Assembly: GCA_964291625.2 (NCBI GenBank)
Contig: OZ220089.1
Span: 3,424,001 to 3,488,000 of the forward strand
DNA length: 64,000 bases
Origin: Candidatus Latescibacterota bacterium
GTDB taxonomy: Bacteria > Latescibacterota > UBA2968 > UBA8231
Direction of reading: 5' to 3'
In this document: positions 28,937 through 38,081 of the stretch, one piece after another
How the letters are laid out: each line of letters opens with the position of its first letter
Position numbering within the stretch: position 1 is the first letter of the stretch
Notes under the pieces: model-generated
What the model was told of the DNA's origin: nothing
The model's input: the letters and a program-made list of their open reading frames with translations, nothing else
Databases searched by the model: none
Made by a program: the position numbers and the translations under genes

Positions 28937-30137
28937 GCCTCATGGCCTCCGCGGGAGGGAGTTCCGCGGCCTGCACCGCGGGCACGACGCCGGAGCAGAT
29001 GCCCACGGAGAGGGAGACGGCCAGGGCGAGGCCCGCGGACCCCCAGTCGGTCGAGCCGGCCATGGAGGTGCCGAGCCATCCGGAGAGCATCGCCTCCCCG
29101 CCCCGGGCGAGTCCCCATCCCAGGGCCAGCCCGAGCCCGCCGCCGCAGCAGCTCAGGACCACCGCCTCGGTGACGAACTGACTCACGATGGCCATCGGCC
29201 GGGCGCCCAGGGCCTTGCGCAGGCCGATCTCCCAGATCCGCTGCCTGACCGAGATGAGCATCGTGTTGAGGACTCCCACGGCGCCGACGACCAGGGCCAT
29301 CCCGGCGATGGCCGTCGTCACCACCCGCGCCGCGATCAGGGCCTTGTTGATGTCCTCGAGGAACTCCCGGCCGCTCAGGACCTCGTAGCGATCGAGGTCC
29401 TGAGCGCCGCGGGCGAGCACGCGGCGAACGGCGGCCACGGCTCTCGAAGGGTCGGCGCCGGCCGCCAGGGATGCGCGGATGCCGTGGACCCCGGGGGCCC
29501 CGCCGTGAAAGCTCTCCAGCGTGCGGACCGGCAGGATGAGCCGCTCGTCGCCCGGGGCGGCCTCCATCAACCGTCTTCTCTCGAGCACTCCCACGACCGT
29601 GTAGGTGGTGCCGTCCAGGCGGACCCTCCGGCCCGTGGGTGGGCCGCCTCGCAGCAGCCGCTCGGCGAGGTCGGCGCCCAGGACGCAGACCCGGCGGCGA
29701 GTCAGGCCATCGGTCTGATCGAGAAACCGGCCCGATGCCATCGTGTCTCCCAGGAGCCGCCGGTAGCCGGGCACCGTCCCCGTGGCCCGGGCATGGGTCC
29801 CCCGGCCCCCGGACTGGATCCGGAGGTCGATCCGCCGCATGGGCACCACGTGGTCGAGACCGGGCACGGTGCGCTCGAGCTCCGCCACCTGCCGGAGGGT
29901 CAGCAACGGCGCCGGTCCCTGCAGTGGCGGAGCCGGCCGGGGGTGCACGAGGACCAGCCTCTGGAGCCCGAGCCTGCCGAGCTCGCCCATGACCAGCCGC
30001 TGCACCGCGGCGCCGACGGACTGGATCGCCACCATGGCGGCGACTCCGGTGGCTACCGAGACGACCGCGACCACCGCCCTCAGGCGGAACCGCCGTACCA
30101 CCTCCAGGGCCATGGGGGCCGCATGCAGACTCGGCAT
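28920..30137 (-). CDS. MacB/FtsX-type ABC permease
   Basis: GAVGVLNTMLISVRQRIWEIGLRKALGARP...QFVTEA. Confidence 0.88.
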   Translation of the reverse strand: MPSLHAAPMALEVVRRFRLRAVVAVVSVATGVAAMVAIQSVGAAVQRLVMGELGRLGLQRLVLVHPRPAPPLQGPAPLLTLRQVAELERTVPGLDHVVPMRRIDLRIQSGGRGTHARATGTVPGYRRLLGDTMASGRFLDQTDGLTRRRVCVLGADLAERLLRGGPPTGRRVRLDGTTYTVVGVLERRRLMEAAPGDERLILPVRTLESFHGGAPGVHGIRASLAAGADPSRAVAAVRRVLARGAQDLDRYEVLSGREFLEDINKALIAARVVTTAIAGMALVVGAVGVLNTMLISVRQRIWEIGLRKALGARPMAIVSQFVTEAVVLSCCGGGLGLALGWGLARGGEAMLSGWLGTSMAGSTDWGSAGLALAVSLSVGICSGVVPAVQAAELPPAEAMRHAGRA

Positions 30138-30143
30138 TCTCGC

Positions 30144-31367
30144 TCAGGTCTCCTTGAGGGCTTCCACCGGGCTCATCCGCGCCGCTCGCACGGCCGGGAC
30201 GGCCCCCGACAGCAGGCCCACCCCGCCCGAGGCCAGCCCGGCCGCGAGCAGGACATCGCCCGTCACGCCTGCGCGGAAGTCGACCTCGGGCAGGAACAGG
30301 TGGACGGACCACTCGACGCAGGACGAGAGGCCGGCGCCCAGGGCGATCCCCGGGAGGAAACCCGCCAGGTTCATGGCGAGGGACTCGGCCAGGAGCTGCA
30401 GCAGCAGGGCGTGGCCGGGAGCCCCGACCGCCGCGCGCAGGCCCATCTCGTAGACGCGCTCATCGAGGGAGGCCAGCATGGCGCTGAGGATGCCCAGCCC
30501 CCCCAGGCCGAGGCAGATCGCCGCCAACCCACCCAGCGACACCTCGATGGCCCGGAGGGTGCGGACGGCGCCCCGGGCGTCGGCGGCGGCCGAACGGACG
30601 CGGAAGTCGCCGCCGCGGTGGGCCCCCGCCAGCCACGCCCGGATTCGTTCGACGATGGCGGGGACCTCCTCCACATGGGCGGCCTGAACGGTGACCCGGC
30701 CGATGTCCCGGACGCGGAGCGCCTCGAGGGAGGTCGTGATGGGGACGAGCACCACCTCGTTGGCGAGGGGATCCCGCGACACGAGTTCCTCCAGCGTCCC
30801 GACTACGGCGAACCGCAGCCCGTCGATGGAGACGGCGCCTTCCGTCCCCCGGGCGCCGGGGAACAGCCGCGCCGCGACCGAGTGGCCGAGCACGCAGACT
30901 CGCCGCGACGAATACACATCTTCGGCAGCGATCCCCCGGCCCGCGTCCAGCCGCCGGCCGCCGCCGGCCAGGAACTCCGGCGTGATGCCCCGCACCTGCG
31001 CCGCCACCTGCCGCCCTCCGGCGGCGATCCACCCGGGGGCGATCGCTTCGGGGACCACCGCCTCGACGCCGGGAATCCGTCCGATCCGATCGACATCGGC
31101 CCGGGTCAGGGAAGCGCGGGCCCCCGCTGCGGCCTGTGGAGAAACGACCACGCTCAGGTTGCCCCCCGCCTGGCGCGCGTCGGAGATCACCAGGCGCCTG
31201 AGCCCGCCGCCCACGGACAGCACCGCCACGAGTCCCGCCGCGCCCACGGTGATGCCGAAGCAGGCGAGGGCCGTGCGGGGCAGGTGGCCCCCGAGCTGAT
31301 ACTGCAGACCCTGCACCACGGCGGCCCGGGCGACCCGGCAACGCCGCCCCAGGAGACTCGGGTTCAC
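30144..31367 (-). CDS. MacB/FtsX-type ABC permease
   Basis: GGLGILSAMLASLDERVYEMGLRAAVGA...PAVRAARMSPVEAL; GTG overlaps the upstream stop. Confidence 0.85.
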   Translation of the reverse strand: MNPSLLGRRCRVARAAVVQGLQYQLGGHLPRTALACFGITVGAAGLVAVLSVGGGLRRLVISDARQAGGNLSVVVSPQAAAGARASLTRADVDRIGRIPGVEAVVPEAIAPGWIAAGGRQVAAQVRGITPEFLAGGGRRLDAGRGIAAEDVYSSRRVCVLGHSVAARLFPGARGTEGAVSIDGLRFAVVGTLEELVSRDPLANEVVLVPITTSLEALRVRDIGRVTVQAAHVEEVPAIVERIRAWLAGAHRGGDFRVRSAAADARGAVRTLRAIEVSLGGLAAICLGLGGLGILSAMLASLDERVYEMGLRAAVGAPGHALLLQLLAESLAMNLAGFLPGIALGAGLSSCVEWSVHLFLPEVDFRAGVTGDVLLAAGLASGGVGLLSGAVPAVRAARMSPVEALKET

Positions 31368-32308
31368 TCCGCCTCCTCCTCGAGAGCGGCTGCATCCGCC
31401 GCGACCAGGTCTCCGGCCCGGAGGCCGGACCGGACGACGACGCGGCTCTCCGTGCCTCGCGAGATCCGCAGCTCCACCGGCCGCAGGCGGTCCCGCGGGC
31501 AATCCGGCGCCGCCTCTGCGCCGGCGCGATCCTCGGCCGCGCACAACCAGGCGCGGGCGGCCACCGGACCGCGGGCTCTCCAGGCGGCGGCGTCGAGTCC
31601 CTCCATGACGACGGCCTGCAACGGCAGGGAGACCACGTCCCTCTCCACGTAGGTGGGGACTTCCACGACACAGGACATGCCGTGCCGCAGCCGGCCGGGC
31701 GCTTCGTGGAGGTCGACCACCGCCTCGAAGGTGACCATGTGGGTGCCCGGGCTCCGGCGGCCCAGTCTGGAGATCCGCCGCACCCGCCCTTCGAGCCGGT
31801 CTCCCGGGAAGGCCTGCACCATGACCATCGCCGGCCGGTCCTCGCTCCAGGACTGCACGTCGACCTCGGCCACGTCGCAGCGGGCGACGAATCGTCCCGC
31901 CGAGGCGATCGACACCAGCGCGGGCCCACCCTCGAAGCCGGCGAGGACGCTCTCTCCCGCGTCCACGTGCCGTCTCACCACGGCCCCGCCCCGGGGGGCC
32001 GGGACGTCGCCGCTGCGCCCCTGCCGGCCCCGCACCGATGCGATGGGGTCGCCTGCGGCCACGATCGCGTCCTCCGCGGCGATCCAGGTCACGGTGCCCG
32101 AGAGGGTGGAGCCGACCTCGACGATCTCGGCGAACTCGAGGCGGCCGTCGGCGGCGAGCCGGTCGATCAGCTCCCCGCGGACGGCCGGTACCACCGGGTA
32201 CCTCGACACGGCGCCGCCGCCCTCGCCGCTCCGGCATCCCGGCACGGCCAGGGCCGCCGCGAGGGCCACGAGCATCACCCTCCTCATCGCTCCCATGGCT
32301 CCGGTCAT
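31364..32308 (-). CDS. Efflux periplasmic adaptor (MacA/HlyD-like lipoprotein)
   Basis: Lipoprotein signal (AVPGC); APRGGAV, DVAEVDV, LRHGMS, SGLRAGDLV. Confidence 0.8.
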   Translation of the reverse strand: MTGAMGAMRRVMLVALAAALAVPGCRSGEGGGAVSRYPVVPAVRGELIDRLAADGRLEFAEIVEVGSTLSGTVTWIAAEDAIVAAGDPIASVRGRQGRSGDVPAPRGGAVVRRHVDAGESVLAGFEGGPALVSIASAGRFVARCDVAEVDVQSWSEDRPAMVMVQAFPGDRLEGRVRRISRLGRRSPGTHMVTFEAVVDLHEAPGRLRHGMSCVVEVPTYVERDVVSLPLQAVVMEGLDAAAWRARGPVAARAWLCAAEDRAGAEAAPDCPRDRLRPVELRISRGTESRVVVRSGLRAGDLVAADAAALEEEAE

Positions 32309-32310
32309 CT

Positions 32311-34236
32311 TCAGGCGGCCTCCGAGAGCGCCGTCTCCACGGTCCGGGCGAGGCGCCGCTGCCCCGCGGGGTCGGCCGGGCATACCGCGGGCAGGCCGAA
32401 CCGGTCCTCCAGCTCCTTCAGGGTCTGCCGCAGCTCCCCGGCTTCCAGCACCCTGGAGCTCACCCAGGTGCGGCCATGGGCCTTCTCCACCCGCCTCTGC
32501 CTGTCGCTCAGCAGCAGACAGATGGTGCGCGCCTTGCCGACGATCCGGATGGCGTCGATGGTGTCTCTCACGTACTCCTCCGGGTCCATGCAGTTGACCG
32601 CCAGCACGCAGACATCCGGCTTGGCGCCCAGCAGGAAGGCCAGACTCACGAAGTGATGGGTGCGGGGCTCGTCGATGGAGAAGGGAATGGTGCCCGACTG
32701 GGACCCGACGATGAGCACGTCGGGCTTCTGCTCGTGGTGGATCTCCCTGAGCTTGGCGTCGAGGAAGGGCTCGAAACGCTGGAGGGGCAGCTCGAGGGGC
32801 GAGGCGTACCCCATGGGGAAGGTGTAGTCGAAGCCGAAGAGCCCGGACTGGTGCTCGGTGCCGAGCTGGCCCACCCGGTAGCCCTGCTTCAGCAGATGCC
32901 GGCGCAGGGCCAGCTGGGCGGTGAACTTGCCCTGCTGGGAGCTGGTCCCGAAGAATCCGATGACGGGGACGGCGATCTTGCCCAGGGTCGCCTTCTCCCG
33001 GATCGTCCGCTCCACCTCGGCGATGGAGACCGAGGGATAGGCCACCCGGAGCCCCCTGCGGCGGCTCTCGGCGTAGAGGTCGCCATACCTCAGCTCGGGC
33101 ACCGCGTTCAGGCTGTAGACGTTGCGGTTGCCGGCGAGGGCGGCTTCGATCGCTTCCCTCAGCAGGTCGCGCCTGGCGATCCGTCCGAGCTCGTCGAGAT
33201 ACCCCAGGATCACCGTGTCGCCGGCGGCCAGCTCGCCGGCGAGGGCGGGCCCGATCTCGACGCCCAGGGGATCCGCGCCGATCGCTTCTCCCGCGTCCTT
33301 GCCCACCAGGCGCCGGCCCGCCGGATCGGCCACGCCCACCACCTCCAGGCCCGTGAGGTCCCGAAAGCGGACGAGGCCGTGCAGCTCCTTGCTGAAGGGA
33401 TAGAGGACGACGCGGCGCATCCACGCCGAAGCCGGCTGCCGCTCCCCTCGGCGCCGCGGCCCCCGGCCCCCGGCGCCCCGGGTCTTCTTCCCGCGCTCCC
33501 GGGGACTCTCGCTGCGGGGCCGGGTGGCGTGGCTCTCGAGCAGCCTCCGCATCTCCTCGGGGCCAGCCGACGGATGCCGCTCCTTGAGCAGCGCCACGAT
33601 GCCGCTGATGTGGGGCGCGGCGTAGCTCGCGCCGCTCTTCAGCGCCTCCTCCCCGTTGAGCCAGGCGACCCGGCGCGGCCCTCCCTTGGCGACGCACTCG
33701 ATGGGCTGGCCGGCGCGGTAGTGGTACCCGTACCGGCCGCGGACATCCCCGTCCTCGACGCCGATGACCTCCTCGAAGACCGCCGGGAAGCTGCGCTCGC
33801 CGCCCCGGGGTTGAGCGGAGACGATGCAGATGCCGGCGCGCTCAAGGCTGCGGCAGACGTCGCGCAGGCGGCCGGCGACCGCGGTGTCGGTGACCCCCAG
33901 GCTGGCGTTGATGACGTGAGCGCCGTCCTCGCCGGCGTGCTCCAGGGCGGCCTCCAGGGCCGAGGCCCGGGCGGAGAGGAAGGCGTCGAAGATGCGGATG
34001 ATCGACAGCTCCACTCCGGGAGCCAGGCCGCAGAGGATGCCGGCACAGGCCGTTCCGTGGCCGGCCTCGTCGCTGTAGTCGGCGCTGCGCCGGAGGGTGC
34101 CGTCGTCTGCGGCTGCGATCGAGACGCCGGCGACGACGTTTTCCGCGAAGCCGACGCGGGAAGGGTCGAGGCCGCTGTCGATGATGGCGACGCGGACCCC
34201 GCGTCCCGTCAGGTCGGCAAAGGAGAGCCTGGCCAT
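32311..34236 (-). CDS. S8 subtilisin-like peptidase fused to DUF1611-like P-loop domain
   Basis: Triad IIDSG / HGTACAG / SGASYAAPH. C-terminal half has GTSSQQGKFT, GQLGTE, IVGSQSG, GAKPD. No signal peptide. Confidence 0.82.
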   Translation of the reverse strand: MARLSFADLTGRGVRVAIIDSGLDPSRVGFAENVVAGVSIAAADDGTLRRSADYSDEAGHGTACAGILCGLAPGVELSIIRIFDAFLSARASALEAALEHAGEDGAHVINASLGVTDTAVAGRLRDVCRSLERAGICIVSAQPRGGERSFPAVFEEVIGVEDGDVRGRYGYHYRAGQPIECVAKGGPRRVAWLNGEEALKSGASYAAPHISGIVALLKERHPSAGPEEMRRLLESHATRPRSESPRERGKKTRGAGGRGPRRRGERQPASAWMRRVVLYPFSKELHGLVRFRDLTGLEVVGVADPAGRRLVGKDAGEAIGADPLGVEIGPALAGELAAGDTVILGYLDELGRIARRDLLREAIEAALAGNRNVYSLNAVPELRYGDLYAESRRRGLRVAYPSVSIAEVERTIREKATLGKIAVPVIGFFGTSSQQGKFTAQLALRRHLLKQGYRVGQLGTEHQSGLFGFDYTFPMGYASPLELPLQRFEPFLDAKLREIHHEQKPDVLIVGSQSGTIPFSIDEPRTHHFVSLAFLLGAKPDVCVLAVNCMDPEEYVRDTIDAIRIVGKARTICLLLSDRQRRVEKAHGRTWVSSRVLEAGELRQTLKELEDRFGLPAVCPADPAGQRRLARTVETALSEAA

Positions 34237-35006
34237 CAGTGCGGCAGCAGCTCGCAGGCGGCGCAGTCGGCGTCGCCGGCGAGGGAGTCGGAGGCCGTGT
34301 CCACCAGGAAGGTGAAGCTCACTCTCAGCACCACGCTGGCGACGAGGAGCAGGGCCACGACGCCGGCGCTGCGCGGCCAGGTCAGCCGGCAGGCGCGGCC
34401 GAGGCCCAGGGCGAGGAGGCCGTAGAACCAGATCCTGAAGGGACTGGTGTAGGACAGGAGGACCGCGAGCACCGGGGCCCCGCGGAGGTCGAAGAGCAGA
34501 CCCAGATCGAACTGGGAGCCCATCTCCGAGAGGCTCACAGCCTCTTCCCCATGCAGTCTGCCGGCGAGGAGGAGGGTGTCCGCCGCCTGGGAGAGCAGCA
34601 GCACCAGACTGGCGTGGGCGACGACGGCCAGGATCGCCCGGAAGTCGCTCCACTCCTCGAAGAGCTGCACCAGCAGCCACAGGAAGAAGGCCGGCGCCAG
34701 GAGGCCGACCAGGGTGGCCGGGAAGGCAAGAAGAATGATCGCCGCGAACCTCAGGAAGGCGACGACACTCTCCTGGGACTCGGTGAGCAGACCGGCGGGC
34801 ACGAGCTCCAGCCGGTCTCCCGCCAGGTGGAGGGAGAGGCACGAGGCGAGGGCGCTCCCCAGGCTCAGCACCACGAACACGTCCACCCAGGGGCGGCCCT
34901 CCACGATCGAGGCGAAGGCGTGCCGCGGCGACGCCGCCAGGAGGCGCACTCGTTCCACGAGGGGCGCTCCTCCTTCCTTCGTGCCGCTCTCTGCCGATCT
35001 CTTCAT
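34236..35006 (-). CDS. YIP1-family membrane protein
   Basis: SPRHAFASI.EGRPW start, ~5 TM helices, SPFRIW...LGL; C-terminal CAAC. Confidence 0.75.
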   Translation of the reverse strand: MKRSAESGTKEGGAPLVERVRLLAASPRHAFASIVEGRPWVDVFVVLSLGSALASCLSLHLAGDRLELVPAGLLTESQESVVAFLRFAAIILLAFPATLVGLLAPAFFLWLLVQLFEEWSDFRAILAVVAHASLVLLLSQAADTLLLAGRLHGEEAVSLSEMGSQFDLGLLFDLRGAPVLAVLLSYTSPFRIWFYGLLALGLGRACRLTWPRSAGVVALLLVASVVLRVSFTFLVDTASDSLAGDADCAACELLPH

Positions 35007-35110
35007 GACATCACCTCACTGTTTGACAGGTCCATCCGGACGCAGGACTCCCCCGCTGGCCGTTTTCCGGACTCTCCGGGAACGGCCGTCCGCCCGCAGC
35101 CTCCGGGCGC

Positions 35111-35554
35111 TTACCTGGCGGGGCTCACCTTCTCCAGAAGCGCGACCAGCAAGGGCCCTGGAGGCCGTGTGGCCACGAAGAGGCTGGCGTCGCCCTCCTC
35201 CAGGGAATGAGGAAGTCCGTCGCCGCCCGCTGCCGGCTCGAACTCCACGGCGGCGAGGACTTCCTCCGCGCTTCGGCGGAACCGGGCCTCGACGGCCCGT
35301 ACTTCTCCCAGCAGGACGCGGCGGTCCCCCCGGGCGGCGAGGACGTAGCGGGCGTCGCCCAGGAGCCCGAGACTCCGCCTCGACACGGGGCCCTCGAGCC
35401 GCCAGACGCCGTCCCCCCTCGTCACCTTCCCCGAGACCCGGATCCCGCGGTCGACGTCGACGAGGACCAGCCCCACCAGCAGCAGCAGGGAGCACGCGGC
35501 CGCGCCGATCAGGACGGCCCCCCCGGTCCACTCGATGCGCGAGGGAATCCGCAT
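35111..35554 (-). CDS. Small single-TM hypothetical protein (possibly a reduced HlyD-like accessory)
   Basis: One N-terminal TM followed by VSGKV; tight operon spacing behind the ABC exporter. Confidence 0.55.
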   Translation of the reverse strand: MRIPSRIEWTGGAVLIGAAACSLLLLVGLVLVDVDRGIRVSGKVTRGDGVWRLEGPVSRRSLGLLGDARYVLAARGDRRVLLGEVRAVEARFRRSAEEVLAAVEFEPAAGGDGLPHSLEEGDASLFVATRPPGPLLVALLEKVSPAR

Positions 35555-35562
35555 CGCCCGGG

Positions 35563-37308
35563 TCAGGCGGCCTCCGGCCGGGCGACGGCGGCCCAGTCCT
35601 GCAGAGGGCCTTCCCTCGTCACCCGCCCGCCGCTCATGACCACGACCCTGTCGGCGAAGTCCAGCGAGCCGAGGCGATGGCTCACGTAGACCGTCGTCCG
35701 TCCCTCCCCGGCCTGCCTCAAGGCGCGGATCACGGTCTGCTCGGTCTCGGGGTCCAGGGAGGCGGTGGTCTCGTCGAGGACCAGGATCCTCGGCCTGCGG
35801 ACCATGGCCCGGGCCAGGCAGAGGCGCTGCTTCTGGCCTCGCGACAGCTCGACGCCGTCAGCGCCGATGCGGGTGTCCAGCCCCTCGGGGAACCGCGACA
35901 GGAACTCGTCGCAGTCGGAGATCCCGGTGGCCCAGGCCAGGTCTTCTGCCGTGGCCCGGGGGTTGCCGTAGAGGATGTTCTGGCGGACCGTCGCCGAGAA
36001 CAGGTGCACCTCCTGCTCGACGTAGCCGATATGGGCGCGGACGCTCCGGGGGTCGTACTCGCCCGAGTCCCGGCCGTCGATGCGGATCGTTCCCCGCGAC
36101 GGGCTCTCCAGCTGGAGCAGGAGCCGCACGAGGGTGCTCTTGCCCATTCCGGTGCCGCCCACCACCGCCGTGATCCGCCCGGCCGGGAAGGTGGCCGAGA
36201 CATCGTGCAGGACCGTGGCCCCTCCCGGCAGCCCGAAGGAGACTCCTTCGAACCGCACCTGCCCCGGACCGATGTCGAAGGCCGGCCTGGCGGCGCCCTC
36301 CCTGTGGACGGGCGCCCCGCCGAAGTCGCGCACCCGCTGCAGGATCCCCAGGGCCATCTTGACGCTCATGTAGACGCTGGACAGCTGCATCGTCGGCGTG
36401 AGCACGAGGGCGAGGACGGAGTTGAGCGCCAGCAGCTGTCCGAGCGACAGCTGGCCCTTCATCACCTGGAGCCCCCCCACCCACAGCAGCACGAGAAAGC
36501 CGGCGGCGTGCACGAGGTTCTGGACGCCGGAGAGCCAGATCGCCCGGACATCGCGGGCCAGGCCCGCGTCGAGCTCGCGGCGCAGCCTGCCGGCGATGAG
36601 GCGGAGCTGCCGGCGCTCGGCGCCGAAGGCCTTGACGACGGTGATGTTCTCCAGGGATTCGATGCGCACCGCCTGGGTCTGCCCCCGGCGCTCCTGGGCG
36701 GCGGCGTTGAGGTCGTGGACCCTGCGGCCCAGGAGGACGCTGGCCGCGGCGAGGACCGGCACGAGGGCCAGCAGGATCGCCGCCAGCCCGGGGCTCAGGG
36801 CCACCATCACCACGGCCCCGGCCGCGAGCACGAAGGCCGAGTGCATGGCCTCGATCCAGGTCCCGGCCATCAGGGCCCCCAGCTGCCGCACGTCGTCGCT
36901 GGCGCGGGTGGCCAGATAGCCGGTGCCGGCCTTGCGGAAATACGCCGCCGACTGCGCCAGCAGCCTCCGGGTGAGGGTGATCTCCATGTCGAAGAACACG
37001 CGCCGGGCGAAGACGGTGAGCAGGTATCTCTGCAGCAGGCTCAGGAAGGTGGCCAGGATGGAAACGGCGAGCACCCCGGCGCACACGGTGTGGAGCGTGC
37101 TCCGCGAGCCCGACGCGAAGACCTCGTCCACGAGGTAGATCGTCACCAGCGGCAGGGGCACGGTGAGGGCCGCCGCCAGGAGCATGGCGGCGAAGGCCTC
37201 GGCGGCGCGCAGCCGGTAGGGCCGGAGGAAGGTCCAGAGAAAGGGGAGGAAGGAGGGACCCGCCGGCGTCATCCGCCGTGAGAGCCAGCCTGGCAGCCTC
37301 AGAGCCAC
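35563..37308 (-). CDS. Fused ABC exporter (TMD plus ATPase), no C39 domain
   Basis: Six-TM region, GGTGMGKST, LSRGQKQR, LDETTASLD; start may be 37272. Confidence 0.9.
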   Translation of the reverse strand: MALRLPGWLSRRMTPAGPSFLPFLWTFLRPYRLRAAEAFAAMLLAAALTVPLPLVTIYLVDEVFASGSRSTLHTVCAGVLAVSILATFLSLLQRYLLTVFARRVFFDMEITLTRRLLAQSAAYFRKAGTGYLATRASDDVRQLGALMAGTWIEAMHSAFVLAAGAVVMVALSPGLAAILLALVPVLAAASVLLGRRVHDLNAAAQERRGQTQAVRIESLENITVVKAFGAERRQLRLIAGRLRRELDAGLARDVRAIWLSGVQNLVHAAGFLVLLWVGGLQVMKGQLSLGQLLALNSVLALVLTPTMQLSSVYMSVKMALGILQRVRDFGGAPVHREGAARPAFDIGPGQVRFEGVSFGLPGGATVLHDVSATFPAGRITAVVGGTGMGKSTLVRLLLQLESPSRGTIRIDGRDSGEYDPRSVRAHIGYVEQEVHLFSATVRQNILYGNPRATAEDLAWATGISDCDEFLSRFPEGLDTRIGADGVELSRGQKQRLCLARAMVRRPRILVLDETTASLDPETEQTVIRALRQAGEGRTTVYVSHRLGSLDFADRVVVMSGGRVTREGPLQDWAAVARPEAA

Positions 37309-38066
37309 GAGAGCCCCCGCCGCTCCCCTTCCGGGGCGATGAGATCCATGTACAGCTCCTCGAGAGTCACGGCCTCCTGGCCCTCGGCCCCCCGGGCGCG
37401 CAGCTCCTCGGGCGGGCCCCGCAGGATCAGCTCTCCCTTGTTGATGAAGGCCAGCTCGGAGCAGAGCCGGTCGACGCGGTCGAGGACGTGGGAGCTGAGG
37501 ACCACGGTGGCGCCGCCGGAGGACAGCCGGCGGAGCAGCTCCTCCACCTGGAGGGCGGCCTCCGGGTCGAGGGTGGCGAAGGGCTCGTCGAGGAGGACCA
37601 GGCGCGGCTGGTGCAGCAGTATGCAGGCCAGGGCCAGCTTCTTCCTCATGCCCGCCGAGTAGGTGGAGACGGTCTCGCCGGCGGCCCCCTCGAGGTCCAT
37701 GAACTCCAGCGCCTCGCGGGACCGCTCCGCGACCTCGGCGGGGTCGAGGCCGTAGGCCAGGCCGGTGAAGCTCAGGTGCTCCGATCCGGAGAGGCTCTCG
37801 TAGAGCCCCGGGTCGTCGCGCATGACGCCGGTCAGGGCCCGGATGTCGTTGCCGGCCTCGGCGTAGGTGCGTCCGAAGAGGCGCACCGAGCCCTCGCTCG
37901 GCTCCAGGAGTCCGGCCGCCATGTTCAGCAGCGTCGTCTTGCCGGCGCCGTTCGGCCCCACGAGGCCGAGGATCGCCCCCGGCTCCACCCGCAGCGAGAG
38001 GGAACGGACGGCCACGGTGGACCGGTACCGCTTGGTCAGGTCTTGCAGCTCCACGGTCGGTTCCAT
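37299..38066 (-). CDS. ABC transporter ATP-binding protein
   Basis: GPNGAGKTT, YSAGMRKK, LDEPF, SSH. Confidence 0.92.
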   Translation of the reverse strand: MEPTVELQDLTKRYRSTVAVRSLSLRVEPGAILGLVGPNGAGKTTLLNMAAGLLEPSEGSVRLFGRTYAEAGNDIRALTGVMRDDPGLYESLSGSEHLSFTGLAYGLDPAEVAERSREALEFMDLEGAAGETVSTYSAGMRKKLALACILLHQPRLVLLDEPFATLDPEAALQVEELLRRLSSGGATVVLSSHVLDRVDRLCSELAFINKGELILRGPPEELRARGAEGQEAVTLEELYMDLIAPEGERRGLSWL

Positions 38067-38081
38067 GTCGGTCTCAGTCTC